64,000 bases of DNA from Pristiophorus japonicus (Eukaryota): the NCBI RefSeq assembly GCF_044704955.1, contig NC_091985.1:204290001-204354000 (forward strand), written 5' to 3'. A model generated the notes under the pieces. It saw only the letters and a list, made by a program, of their open reading frames with translations, did not search any database and had not been told where the DNA came from. Positions 1 to 9,520 of this stretch are shown here, in pieces. The stretch's first letter is position 1; each line of letters opens with the position of its first letter. The translations under genes and the position numbers were made by a program.

Positions 1-512
1 AACGATCTTTAATTGGGTGATTAATAACAATCTTCAGCCTGGTAGCTCCAGCTATCCCAGGCTAGGCAAATGTGGGGGGTGGGGGGGGTTCCAATTGTGG
101 GGGGGGCCTAGTTGTAAGCACGGCCCCCACGCACACTACCACACACACACACACACCCCCCGCGATGTTCCGGCCCTCAGTGGTCTTCTTTCCTCCCCCC
201 ACCGAAACAACAAAGTCTTTTTGGGAAATGCACCCACACCCACCTGTAGAATGTAGAGTCTCCCTCCTTCCACACTGGATGTTGTTGTGGTTTTTCCCCC
301 TCTCTCCAACTCTTTGCAGAATGATAAAGTTGTAAAAGTTTTCTGTTCTCTTCCTCTCCCTCTGGATAAAAGTTTGAAGGTGAAGCCCCTTCCTTCCTTC
401 TATTCCTGGGCTGGTCTCAGGGCTCTCCAGGCAGGAGCTCAAGTTGCTAGCTGCTTCCCTCACTGCTCACAGCTCCAACTGAGCAGGACACGCCTCCACA
501 GCTCTCCAATTG
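1..512 (-). mobile_element. 5' UTR end of a second long Tx1-clade copy (continues off the left edge)
   Basis: Aligns with 7194-7719 (5' UTR of the intact copy) with scattered substitutions/indels; ends at the same CAATTG|GTCCTTGTG junction. Confidence 0.93.
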
Positions 513-612
513 GTCCTTGTGCATGAAACTCTTTTAGGAGTCTACCTGCAAAACATAAACAACATTAAACTGTGCCACCCGACCTGGGTGACACAGCAGA
601 CATTTTCAAGGC

Positions 613-663
<51 letters not shown>

Positions 664-761
664 GGGCGCTAAAATCAAATTTTTCCAGTGCCCCCTATAA
701 AAGGAGAGGGGGACACTAAAAACACCGGCAATTAAAACAAGTTAAACTTTAAAACGTAAAA

Positions 762-3700
762 TCAAATTAAAATTTGGTTGCCGGGCGTGATGATGCACTC
801 CAGTCCCTCCGGTGCCCACCTCTCGCGGAAGGCCGCGAGCGTACCGGTGGACACCGCGTGCTCCATCTCCAAGGACACCCTGGACCGGATGTAAGAGCGG
901 AAGAGAGGCAGGCAGTCAGGTTGAACGACCCCCTCGACCGCCCGCTGCCTGGACCGGCTGATGGCACCCTTGGCCGTGCCCAGGAGCAGTCCTACGAGGA
1001 GGCCTTCGGACCTACCCGCTCCCCTCCGCACAGGGTGCCCAAAGATCAGGAGAGTGGGACTGAAGTGCAGCCAGAATTTCAGGAGCAGCCCCTTCAAATA
1101 ATAAAACAGGGGCTGCAACCTCGTGCATTCCATAAAAACATGGAACACGGACTCCTCCAGACCGCAGAAATTGCAGGCGGCCTGGGAGTCCGTGAACCGG
1201 CTTAAAAATGTGTTGCACGGCACTGCTCCGTGCACCACCCTCCAGGCCAAGTCCCCGATGAATAGTGGGAGGACCCCTGCGTAGAGGGCCCTCCATCGGG
1301 GACCCCCGCCTCCTCCGGACGGCAAGATGGTACGCCATGGCGTGTCCGGACGGCCGGCGAGGATGGCAAAGTTGAGGGTGTGCAGGAGCAGCCCGTACAG
1401 GAAACCCCTCCGCGCGGAACTGAAAGGCACGGAGGGGATTTCCCCGAGGCGGCTCAAGTTGTGAGGCGCCGGCCCCCGAGGGAGGTTCCGGGGTTTGGCG
1501 CCGATGAGGAATTCCGTCCGGACGGGGGTCAGTTCGGACGGGATCTCCCCACGTGCTTGAGCCTCCTCGATACACCTAACGGAGTCAGGGCCCAGAGCTG
1601 TTTTTAGCGACTCGATGGCATCGGCCGCGCGGCGGACGTTGGCAGAATTTAGGCGCCGCGCCAGCGTGACTGGCGCCATCCAGCCCGCTCCTCCGCCATC
1701 GAGCAGGTCCCTGACCCTGGTCACCTCACCAGCCACAGCCCTCTCTTCCGACCGCCACATGAAGCCTCGGCCGTGGAGGTACGGATTCCCGAGCAGCGGT
1801 TCCTGCAGGACGGCCGCCACTCCAGCCGGCGGAGAGCTGCGCTTGGTGGAGACTTTGTTCCAGACCCTGATGAGTTCCCTGTAAAAGACAGGCAGCTCCC
1901 GGAGGGCGGTCCTGGCACCCCCCAAGTTCACAAACAGGAGCTGCGTGTCATAATTGAGGTCGAGCTGCTGGCGGAAGAAATACCTCGCCAGAGCACACCA
2001 CCTAGGAGGGGGCTCGACGTAAAGGTATCTCTGCAGGGTCTGAAGACGGAAAGTCGCGAGCTGGGCGCTGACGCACACCAACGACTGACCGCCCTCCTCA
2101 AGCGGGAGACTCAAGACCGCGGCAGAGACCCAGTGCTTCCTGTTGTTCCAGAAGAAGTCCACCAGCTTCTTCTGTATCTTGGCGACAAACGCAGGGGGAG
2201 GGGTCAAAGTGACCAGCCGGTACCACAGCATTGCGGCCACCAGCTGGTTTATGACTAGCGCTCGACCCCTGTAGGACAGCACTCGGAGCAGTCCTGTCCA
2301 GCGCCCTAGGCGAGCGGCGACCTTGGCCTCCAGCTCCTGCCAGTTCGCCGGCCAGGCTTCCTCGTCGGGGCTAAGGTAGACTCCCAGATAGAGGAGATGG
2401 GTCGTGCTCCAGGCAAAAGGCCTGAGCTCCTCCGGCAGGGAGTCCACCCGCCACTGACCCACCAGGAGTCCGGAACATTTCTCCCAGTTGATCCTGGCGG
2501 AGGACGCGGCCGAGTAAATCTCCTGGCACTCACGCATCCTCCGCAGGTCAGCGGGATCCTCTACCGCGAGGAGCACGTCATCGGCGTAAGCCGAGAGGAC
2601 GACCTCCACGCCCGGCCCTTGCAGAGCCAGTCCCGTCAACCTCGTCCGCAAGAGGCGCAGGAAAGGCTCCACGCAAACGGCGTATAACTGGCCGGACATG
2701 GGGCATCCCTGGCGTACCCCTCTCCTAAAGCGAAGGGGCGCCGTCAAGGACCCGTTAACCTTAATCAGACACTCCGCGGCGGCGTACAAAAGTCGGATCC
2801 GGGCGACGAAATGCGTCCCGAACCCGAAAGCGCGCAGAGTTCCGAGCAGATAGTCGTGATCCACCCTGTCGAACGCCTTCTCTTGGTCGAGGGATAGGAA
2901 GGCGACCGACAGACCAGCCTCCTGGGAGCAATGGATGAGGTCCCGGACCAGATGGATGTTGTCGTGGATTGTCCGGCCCGGGACCGTGTATGACTGGTCG
3001 GGGTGGATCATGTGGTCCAGCACGGCACCAAGGCGAGCAGACATCGCCCTGGCGAAGATTTTGTAGTCCGTGCTGAGGAGGGAGACCGGGCGCCAGTTCT
3101 TAAGGAGGCGGAGATCGCCCTTCTTAGGCAGCAGGACGATGACTGCCCTGCGCCAAGAGAGGGGCATCTCCCCGGTCGCCAGACATTCCCCCAGGACCCG
3201 CGCGTAGTCGCCCCCCAGGACGTCCCAGAACGCCCTGTGGAACTCCACGGTCAGCCCGTCCAGCCCCGGGGATTTTCCCCTCGAGAGCCGGGCGAGGGCA
3301 CCGGTCAGCTCCGCCAGGCTTAGCGGAGCTTCCAGATTTTCGGCGCCCTCCGGGCCGACCTTCGGCAGGTCCTCCCACAAAACTCTACGCGCTTCCTCGC
3401 TGGACGGATCCGGAGAGAACAGAGCCCCGTAATATTCACGGACCCTGTTGTTGACGCCCTCCGGATCCGAGACGAGAGAGCCGTCGTCGGCCAGCAGCGT
3501 CAAGAGCTGCTTACGGACACTCTGCCTTTTTTCCAGCGAGTAGAAGAAGGGGGAGCCGCGGTCCAGATCCCGCAGGAACCGGATCCGCGACCTCACGAAC
3601 GCGCCTCGGGACCCGACGAGCTGCAGGTCCTTCAGCGCGGCCTTCTTCGCTTCGTACACCGTCCGCAGGGCCGGGTCCTGGACGACTTGACCGAGACGGG

Positions 3701-4661
3701 CTTCCAGGTCGAGCACCTCTTTTTCTAGGCGCCCGACTCTGGCCGCCCGCCTCTTGGTCGACCCCCTCGCGTACTCTTGACAGAAGACGCGGACGTGAGC
3801 CTTGCCCACGTCCCACCATAGCCTCAAGGAGGGGAAGCCCCCCTGCTTCCTTCTCCAGTCGGACCAGAATCGACGGAACGAGTCCTGGAACCGCACGTCC
3901 TCCAGCAGCCGGTTGTTAAAGTGCCAGTACGCGGACCCCGTCCTCGCGCGGAGCGAAGCGAGCTCCGCCCACACCAGGTGGTGGTCCGAGCACGGCACCG
4001 GCCGCATGGAGGCCGCCGGGACGCAGGAAACGTACGCCCGAGACACGTAAAGGCGGTCGACTCTAGACCATCCAACTCCAGGCCTCACCCAAGTAAAGGC
4101 GCTGGAGTCGGGGTGGAGATTTCGCCAGACGTCCACCAAGTCGAAGGACCCGACCAGGTCCCTCAACTTCTCCATCGCCGTCATGCACTGCGGGGCACCG
4201 GAGCGGTCCCTCGCCTCGAGGGTGCAGTTAAAATCCCCCCCGAGGACAATGCAGTCGCCGACGTCGACGGAGCCAAGAAGAGCGGACACCTCTTCAAAGA
4301 AGCGCGTCTGCTGCGGGCCGGGATGAGGGGCGTACACGTTCACGAGATGGAGCGGCACGTCCCCCAGGCGAACCGTTACGTGCAGCAAGCGGCCTGGCAC
4401 GGGCTCCTCGACCCCCAAGATCTCCGGCTGAAAATGCGGGCCCAGCAAGATGGCCACCCCACTTGAAATGGCGGTGAGGTGGCTCATGCGGACCTCTCCT
4501 TGCCATTCCAGGAGCCACGTGGCTTCGTCTCCCGGAACGGTGTGGGTTTCTTGCAGGAAGCACACCGCATATTTCCCCTCCCGCAGGAGCGAAAAATTGT
4601 CAAATCTACGGCGTGCCCCTCTGCCGCCGTTGATGTTGAGGCTGGCTATGGTTATCTTCAT
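762..4661 (-). CDS. Tx1-type ORF2: AP endonuclease, reverse transcriptase, C-terminal CCHC zinc finger
   Basis: APE motifs SLNING, LQETH, GGDFN, SRVDRLY, SDHH; RT motifs PGLDG, DQEKAFD, QGCPMS, YADD; CNFCGLEESVFHVFMEC. First ATG at 4661 (ORF track starts at an upstream TTG). Confidence 0.96.
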   Translation of the reverse strand: MKITIASLNINGGRGARRRFDNFSLLREGKYAVCFLQETHTVPGDEATWLLEWQGEVRMSHLTAISSGVAILLGPHFQPEILGVEEPVPGRLLHVTVRLGDVPLHLVNVYAPHPGPQQTRFFEEVSALLGSVDVGDCIVLGGDFNCTLEARDRSGAPQCMTAMEKLRDLVGSFDLVDVWRNLHPDSSAFTWVRPGVGWSRVDRLYVSRAYVSCVPAASMRPVPCSDHHLVWAELASLRARTGSAYWHFNNRLLEDVRFQDSFRRFWSDWRRKQGGFPSLRLWWDVGKAHVRVFCQEYARGSTKRRAARVGRLEKEVLDLEARLGQVVQDPALRTVYEAKKAALKDLQLVGSRGAFVRSRIRFLRDLDRGSPFFYSLEKRQSVRKQLLTLLADDGSLVSDPEGVNNRVREYYGALFSPDPSSEEARRVLWEDLPKVGPEGAENLEAPLSLAELTGALARLSRGKSPGLDGLTVEFHRAFWDVLGGDYARVLGECLATGEMPLSWRRAVIVLLPKKGDLRLLKNWRPVSLLSTDYKIFARAMSARLGAVLDHMIHPDQSYTVPGRTIHDNIHLVRDLIHCSQEAGLSVAFLSLDQEKAFDRVDHDYLLGTLRAFGFGTHFVARIRLLYAAAECLIKVNGSLTAPLRFRRGVRQGCPMSGQLYAVCVEPFLRLLRTRLTGLALQGPGVEVVLSAYADDVLLAVEDPADLRRMRECQEIYSAASSARINWEKCSGLLVGQWRVDSLPEELRPFAWSTTHLLYLGVYLSPDEEAWPANWQELEAKVAARLGRWTGLLRVLSYRGRALVINQLVAAMLWYRLVTLTPPPAFVAKIQKKLVDFFWNNRKHWVSAAVLSLPLEEGGQSLVCVSAQLATFRLQTLQRYLYVEPPPRWCALARYFFRQQLDLNYDTQLLFVNLGGARTALRELPVFYRELIRVWNKVSTKRSSPPAGVAAVLQEPLLGNPYLHGRGFMWRSEERAVAGEVTRVRDLLDGGGAGWMAPVTLARRLNSANVRRAADAIESLKTALGPDSVRCIEEAQARGEIPSELTPVRTEFLIGAKPRNLPRGPAPHNLSRLGEIPSVPFSSARRGFLYGLLLHTLNFAILAGRPDTPWRTILPSGGGGGPRWRALYAGVLPLFIGDLAWRVVHGAVPCNTFLSRFTDSQAACNFCGLEESVFHVFMECTRLQPLFYYLKGLLLKFWLHFSPTLLIFGHPVRRGAGRSEGLLVGLLLGTAKGAISRSRQRAVEGVVQPDCLPLFRSYIRSRVSLEMEHAVSTGTLAAFRERWAPEGLECIITPGNQILI

Positions 4662-4687
4662 GGCAAAAGCATAGTGCAACCTCTACC

Positions 4688-6787
4688 TTAACCTATTGTG
4701 GGGGAGGGAGCGAAGTCTTTTGTTGAACTCCGCTCCCTCCGCAGCCCAGCGAGGAGTCCCTCGAGCTCGCGCAGCTCAAGGTGCTGCTCCTTTGTCAAGG
4801 GCCCGCCCGCGGCCAAGGTTTTAACGGCGGCGCGGACGGACCCCTTGATCAGCTCCGGCTCGGACCATTTTTCCAGGGCCAGTCGGGCTTGGTCGCGGCG
4901 ACCCCGGCTCTGGGCCAAAAAGTCCCGGAGTTCCTTTGCAGGAACGAGGAGGGCCTCAGCGGCGGCCGCGAGCAGATCCACCGCCTCCCTGGCGGTGGTC
5001 TCTAGGTCTTCACCCGCGTCCCCCACCGAGTCCCCGTCCTCCTCCGGGAGGTGGCCGCCAGCAGCCGGCCCATCGACCGCACAAGGTACGGCAAATGAAC
5101 CGGCCGCTCCAACCGGCCCTGGCACTGCCCCGATCCCACCCCCAGGATCGTCGGCAGAGGAGTCCCCACTGGGCTCTTTTAAAAATGGTGCCGGGTCGGG
5201 AAATGACAGCGGAAGGGGTTCCCCCTCCGCCCCAGGAACCGGAGAACAAGGAGAGACCCGGCCATAGGAAATCCCCAGGCCCTCCAAGTGCTCCAGCTCC
5301 AAAGTAAGGGGCGAGGGTGGGTGTTCCTCCCCCTCCCCGCTGCCACCCCCCGGCCCAGCATCTACAGTATCATTAAAATCAATTGTTTCATTCTCTGCCG
5401 GGTCGAGCAAATCCCGGGGTAAGTTGTGTATTGGCTGGGCGGGCTCAGGTTCGGCCTTTTCGGCCCCGCCCGCCTCGGTCCCCGGGACGCTCGACCCGGC
5501 GGCTACGCATTCTTCCACTGGCCCCACGCCCCCCACGACAGGCAGATCTTCCACGCCCTCCCCAGGAGGCAGCGGCTGGGCAGCCTCGACTGCCTCACCC
5601 TCCCCGGGGAAAGACTCCTCGCGCCTGCAGCGCAATTTGGGGGCGCTGGTGGGGGACGCGGGACACGCGGCGGGCACCGCCTCCTCCGCGGAGGGATGTT
5701 GTTCCCCCTCCGCCTCATTGGGGCGGTGCCTCTTTTTGTTCCTGGGGGCGCGCGGAGTCAGGGAGACCTCCATGTCTGCCGAGGCCTCCCGCTCCGCCCC
5801 CCCCTTTTCCTTTTCTTGCCCGCGCCTGGGCCCCTCTGTGGTGTTATTCAAGGGCCCGGGCACGGGCTCGGGGCACCCCGCGCTCGCCGGTGACTGGGTT
5901 GGGCTGAGCGCGGTGGTCAGACTTTCCGGCGCACCGAGGGGACCCGCCTCTAGATGTTTTTCCTTCTTCCGCGCCTTCTTTCCGCTCGGACGCTCTCCCT
6001 CCCCCCTGCCGGAGGCCCTGAAAACAAAGGCCTCCGACGATGCCCGCGCACCCATGGCTCCCGGCACGCGGACGCAACTAGGGGGAGGGGTGGCGGCGGC
6101 GCCAGCTATGGCCGCCTTCGGTGGTTTGGCGGCCTTGGAGGCGGGGCAGTTCTTGCGAACGTGCCCCACCTCCCTGCAGGCATGGCACCGCACGCCGTCC
6201 GACGTCCAGAAGACGCGGTAGGCAGTCCCCTCGTGCACCACATTAAAGTGCCCTTCTGTCAGGTCCTCCCGCGCCAGCCGGACAAAGAGCTGGCGGCGGA
6301 AGGAGAACACGTGGCGCAGGCTGTTCTCCCTGAGGCCGAGCGGTATGGGGTTGATCCCCGACCTTACCTCCCCCAGTTGGTGTAGGTGAGGGAGGAGGAG
6401 CTCAGCGGAAACAAAGGGCGGGACGTTTGACACGATGACCCTCTGCGCGGTGGCCTCGAGAGGGTCCACCGGCAGGAACGTCCCGCCCACCGTGAGCCCC
6501 TTTTCAAGGGCCAGGGACACCGCCCGCTCCGACCCCAGGAAGAACACGGCCTTCCCAGACATCTTGGAGGCTGCGACAATGGCCGAGGGGCCGACTACCC
6601 CAGCCATCGCCCGCACGCACTCCTCGATGGTCATTGTGGGGTGAGTGTAGCTCTTGACCCCGTGTTTTTTCGTAATTAACCTAAATGGTGGCAGGGCAGC
6701 GGGTGGCGCAGGAGGGGCCGTGGAAGCGGTTGCCACCTGCGCATACGTCCTTGCTGGCCCTGCCACCGGCGTGGATGGGGTCGCCAT
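4688..6787 (-). CDS. Tx1-type ORF1 nucleic-acid-binding protein
   Basis: RRM-like segment RVIVSNVPPFVSAELL, gag-like knuckle CHACREVGHVRKNC, long Pro/Glu/Gly-rich low-complexity region; immediately upstream of ORF2. Confidence 0.92.
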   Translation of the reverse strand: MATPSTPVAGPARTYAQVATASTAPPAPPAALPPFRLITKKHGVKSYTHPTMTIEECVRAMAGVVGPSAIVAASKMSGKAVFFLGSERAVSLALEKGLTVGGTFLPVDPLEATAQRVIVSNVPPFVSAELLLPHLHQLGEVRSGINPIPLGLRENSLRHVFSFRRQLFVRLAREDLTEGHFNVVHEGTAYRVFWTSDGVRCHACREVGHVRKNCPASKAAKPPKAAIAGAAATPPPSCVRVPGAMGARASSEAFVFRASGRGEGERPSGKKARKKEKHLEAGPLGAPESLTTALSPTQSPASAGCPEPVPGPLNNTTEGPRRGQEKEKGGAEREASADMEVSLTPRAPRNKKRHRPNEAEGEQHPSAEEAVPAACPASPTSAPKLRCRREESFPGEGEAVEAAQPLPPGEGVEDLPVVGGVGPVEECVAAGSSVPGTEAGGAEKAEPEPAQPIHNLPRDLLDPAENETIDFNDTVDAGPGGGSGEGEEHPPSPLTLELEHLEGLGISYGRVSPCSPVPGAEGEPLPLSFPDPAPFLKEPSGDSSADDPGGGIGAVPGPVGAAGSFAVPCAVDGPAAGGHLPEEDGDSVGDAGEDLETTAREAVDLLAAAAEALLVPAKELRDFLAQSRGRRDQARLALEKWSEPELIKGSVRAAVKTLAAGGPLTKEQHLELRELEGLLAGLRRERSSTKDFAPSPTIG

Positions 6788-7734
6788 CACGGGGTCCCTT
6801 TAAGGGCTACACCCACCCCAAAGTCACAGGCCTTAATGGTCTTAATTGGCCTCTTGTATAATGACTGAGCAGAGGAGCCCTTAATGAGGCACACCTCTCC
6901 CCTAGTTGGCAATTGGGGAGGGGCCTTGCTCCCTCTGCTCAGTTGTCTTAAATTGTTTGTTTTTTAAATTAAATTTGGAAGGAAGGGCTCTCAGAGAGAG
7001 AGGGGAGAAACAGAGTAACAGAGAAAAGAGAGAGGGGGGTGGGAAGGGGGGGGGGCTGCGAGGGCAGGTCTCTCGTCGCAGCTGTGGGTGGGTGCACTCC
7101 CCAGATGGCAAAACACAAAAGTCTTTGAGGTGGTCTTCAGGTGGGGGGAGAAGATGTCTTCACCTGGGGTAGCTGGAGCCACCAGGCACTCCTAACGATC
7201 TTTAATTGGATGATTAAGAAAAACAACAATCTTCAGCCTGGTAGCTCCAGCTATCCCAGGCTAGGCAAATGTGGGGGGGGTGGGGGGGGTGGGGGGGGTT
7301 CCAATTGTGGGGGGGGCCTAGTTGTAAGCAAGGCCCCCACACACACTACCACACACACACACACCCCCCGCGATGTTCCGGCCCTCAGTGGTCTTCTTTC
7401 CTCCCCCCACCGATACAACAAAGTCTGTTTGGGGAAATGCACCCACACCCACCTGTAGAATGTAGAGTCTCCCTCCTTCCACACTGGATATTGTTGGTCT
7501 TTTCCCCCTCTCTCCAACTCCTTGCAGAAATGATAAAGTTGTTTAAAGTTTTCTGCTTTTTCCTCTCCCTCTGGATAAAAGTTGTGTTGAAGCCCCTTCC
7601 TTCCTTCTCCTCCTGGGCTGGTCTCAGGGCTCTCCAGGCAGGAGCTCAAGTTGCTAGCAGCTCCTCTCACTGCTCACAGCTCCAACTGAGCAGGACACGC
7701 CTCTACTGCTGCACAATTGGTCCTTGTGCTTGAA

Positions 7735-8150
7735 ACTCTTTTAGGAGTCTACCTGCAAAACATAAACAACATTAAACTGTGCCACCCGACCTGGGTGACA
7801 CAGCAGACATTTTCAAGCCCCTTTTTTTTTTTGGTTTTTGGTTTTTTTTTTTGGGGCGCTAAAATCAAATTTTTCCAGTGCCCCCTATAAAAGGGAAGGG
7901 GACACTAAAAGCACCGGCAATTAAAACAAATTAACTTTAAAACGTAAAATCAAATTAAAATTTGGTTGCCGGGCGTGATGATGCACTCCAGTCCCTCCGG
8001 TGCCCACCTCTCGCGGAAGGCCGCGAGCGTACCGGTGGACACCGCGTGCTCCATCTCCAAGGACACCCTGGACCGGATGTAAGAGCGGAAGAGAGGCAGG
8101 CAGTCAGGTTGAACGACCCCCTCGACCGCCCGCTGCCTGGACCGGCTGAT
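7735..8150 (-). mobile_element. 5'-truncated Tx1 copy A
   Basis: Matches 528-962 (3' UTR plus end of ORF2); bounded by spacers 7720-7734 and 8151-8165. Confidence 0.95.
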
Positions 8151-8165
8151 GTCCTTGTGCTTGAA

Positions 8166-8586
8166 ACTCTTTTAGGAGTCTACCTGCAAAACATAAACAA
8201 TATTAAACTGTGCCACCCGACCTGGGTGACACAGCAGACATTTTCAAGCCCCTTTTTTTTTTTTGGTTTTTTTTTTTTTTTTTTTTGGGGCGCTAAAATC
8301 AAATTTTTCCAGTGCCCCCTATAAAAGGAGAGGGGGACACTAAAAACACCGGCAATTAAAACAAATTAAACTTTAAAACGTAAAATCAAATTAAAATTTG
8401 GTTGCCGGGCGTGATGATGCACTCCAGTCCCTCCGGTGCCCACCTCTCGCGGAAGGCCGCGAGCGTACCGGTGGACACCGCGTGCTCCATCTCCAAGGAC
8501 ACCCTGGACCGGATGTAAGAGCGGAAGAGAGGCAGGCAGTCAGGTTGAACGACCCCCTCGACCGCCCGCTGCCTGGACCGGCTGAT
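8166..8586 (-). mobile_element. 5'-truncated Tx1 copy B
   Basis: Same truncation point (GGACCGGCTGAT); spacer at 8587-8601. Confidence 0.95.
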
Positions 8587-8601
8587 GTCCTTGTGCTTGA
8601 A

Positions 8602-9049
8602 ACTCTTTTAGAGTCTACCTGTGAAAACATAAAACAATAACGGTGCCACCCAACCTGGGTGACACTCCAGACATTTACAAGGCCCTTTTTTTCCCCCCCT
8701 TTTTTTTTTTTTTTTTTTTTTGTGTTTTTCTTTTTTTGGTTTTTTTTTTGGGCACTAAAATCACAATTTTTCCCCAGTGCCCCCTATAAAAGGGAAGGGG
8801 ACACTAAAAGCACCGGCAATTAAAACAAATTAACTTTAAAACGTAAAATCAAATTAAAATTTGGTTGCCGGGCGTGATGATGCACTCCAGTCCCTCCGGT
8901 GCCCACCTCTCGCGGAAGGCCGCGAGCGTACCGGTGGACACCGCGTGCTCCATCTCCAAGGACACCCTGGACCGGATGTAAGAGCGGAAGAGAGGCAGGC
9001 AGTCAGGTTGAACGACCCCCTCGACCGCCCGCTGCCTGGACCGGCTGAT
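8602..9049 (-). mobile_element. 5'-truncated Tx1 copy C (variant 3' UTR)
   Basis: Same truncation point; 3' UTR has diagnostic variants (TTTAGAG, GACACTCCAG, TTTACAAGG); spacer at 9050-9064. Confidence 0.95.
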
Positions 9050-9064
9050 GTCCTTGTGCTTGAA

Positions 9065-9520
9065 ACTCTTTTAGAGTCTACCTGCGAAAACATAAACATT
9101 AAACTGTGCCACCCGACCTGGGTGACACTCCAGACATTTACAAGGCCCATTTTTTTTTTTCCCCCCTTTTTTGTGTTTTTTTTTTTTTTGTTTTTTCTTT
9201 TTTTTTTGTTTTTTTTTTTTGGGCACTAAAATCACAATTTTTCCCCAGTGCCCCCTATAAAAGGGAAGGGGACACTAAAAGCACCGGCAATTAAAACAAA
9301 TTAACTTTAAAACGTAAAATCAAATTAAAATTTGGTTGCCGGGCGTGATGATGCACTCCAGTCCCTCCGGTGCCCACCTCTCGCGGAAGGCCGCGAGCGT
9401 ACCGGTGGACACCGCGTGCTCCATCTCCAAGGACACCCTGGACCGGATGTAAGAGCGGAAGAGAGGCAGGCAGTCAGGTTGAACGACCCCCTCGACCGCC
9501 CGCTGCCTGGACCGGCTGAT
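9065..9520 (-). mobile_element. 5'-truncated Tx1 copy D (variant 3' UTR)
   Basis: Same truncation point; followed by spacer 9521-9535, which runs directly into CR1 sequence. Confidence 0.95.

Larger units (their letters stand above)
528..7719 (-). mobile_element. Full-length Tx1-clade (L1 group) non-LTR retrotransposon
   Basis: ~930-nt 5' UTR, intact ORF1 and ORF2, 3' UTR with internal poly(A); flanked by 15-bp direct repeats at 513-527 and 7720-7734. Confidence 0.95.

Noticed and set aside
774-6644. Many overlapping plus-strand and alternate-frame ORFs within the Tx1 element
   Set aside because: Expected by-product of GC-rich coding sequence; no recognisable domains
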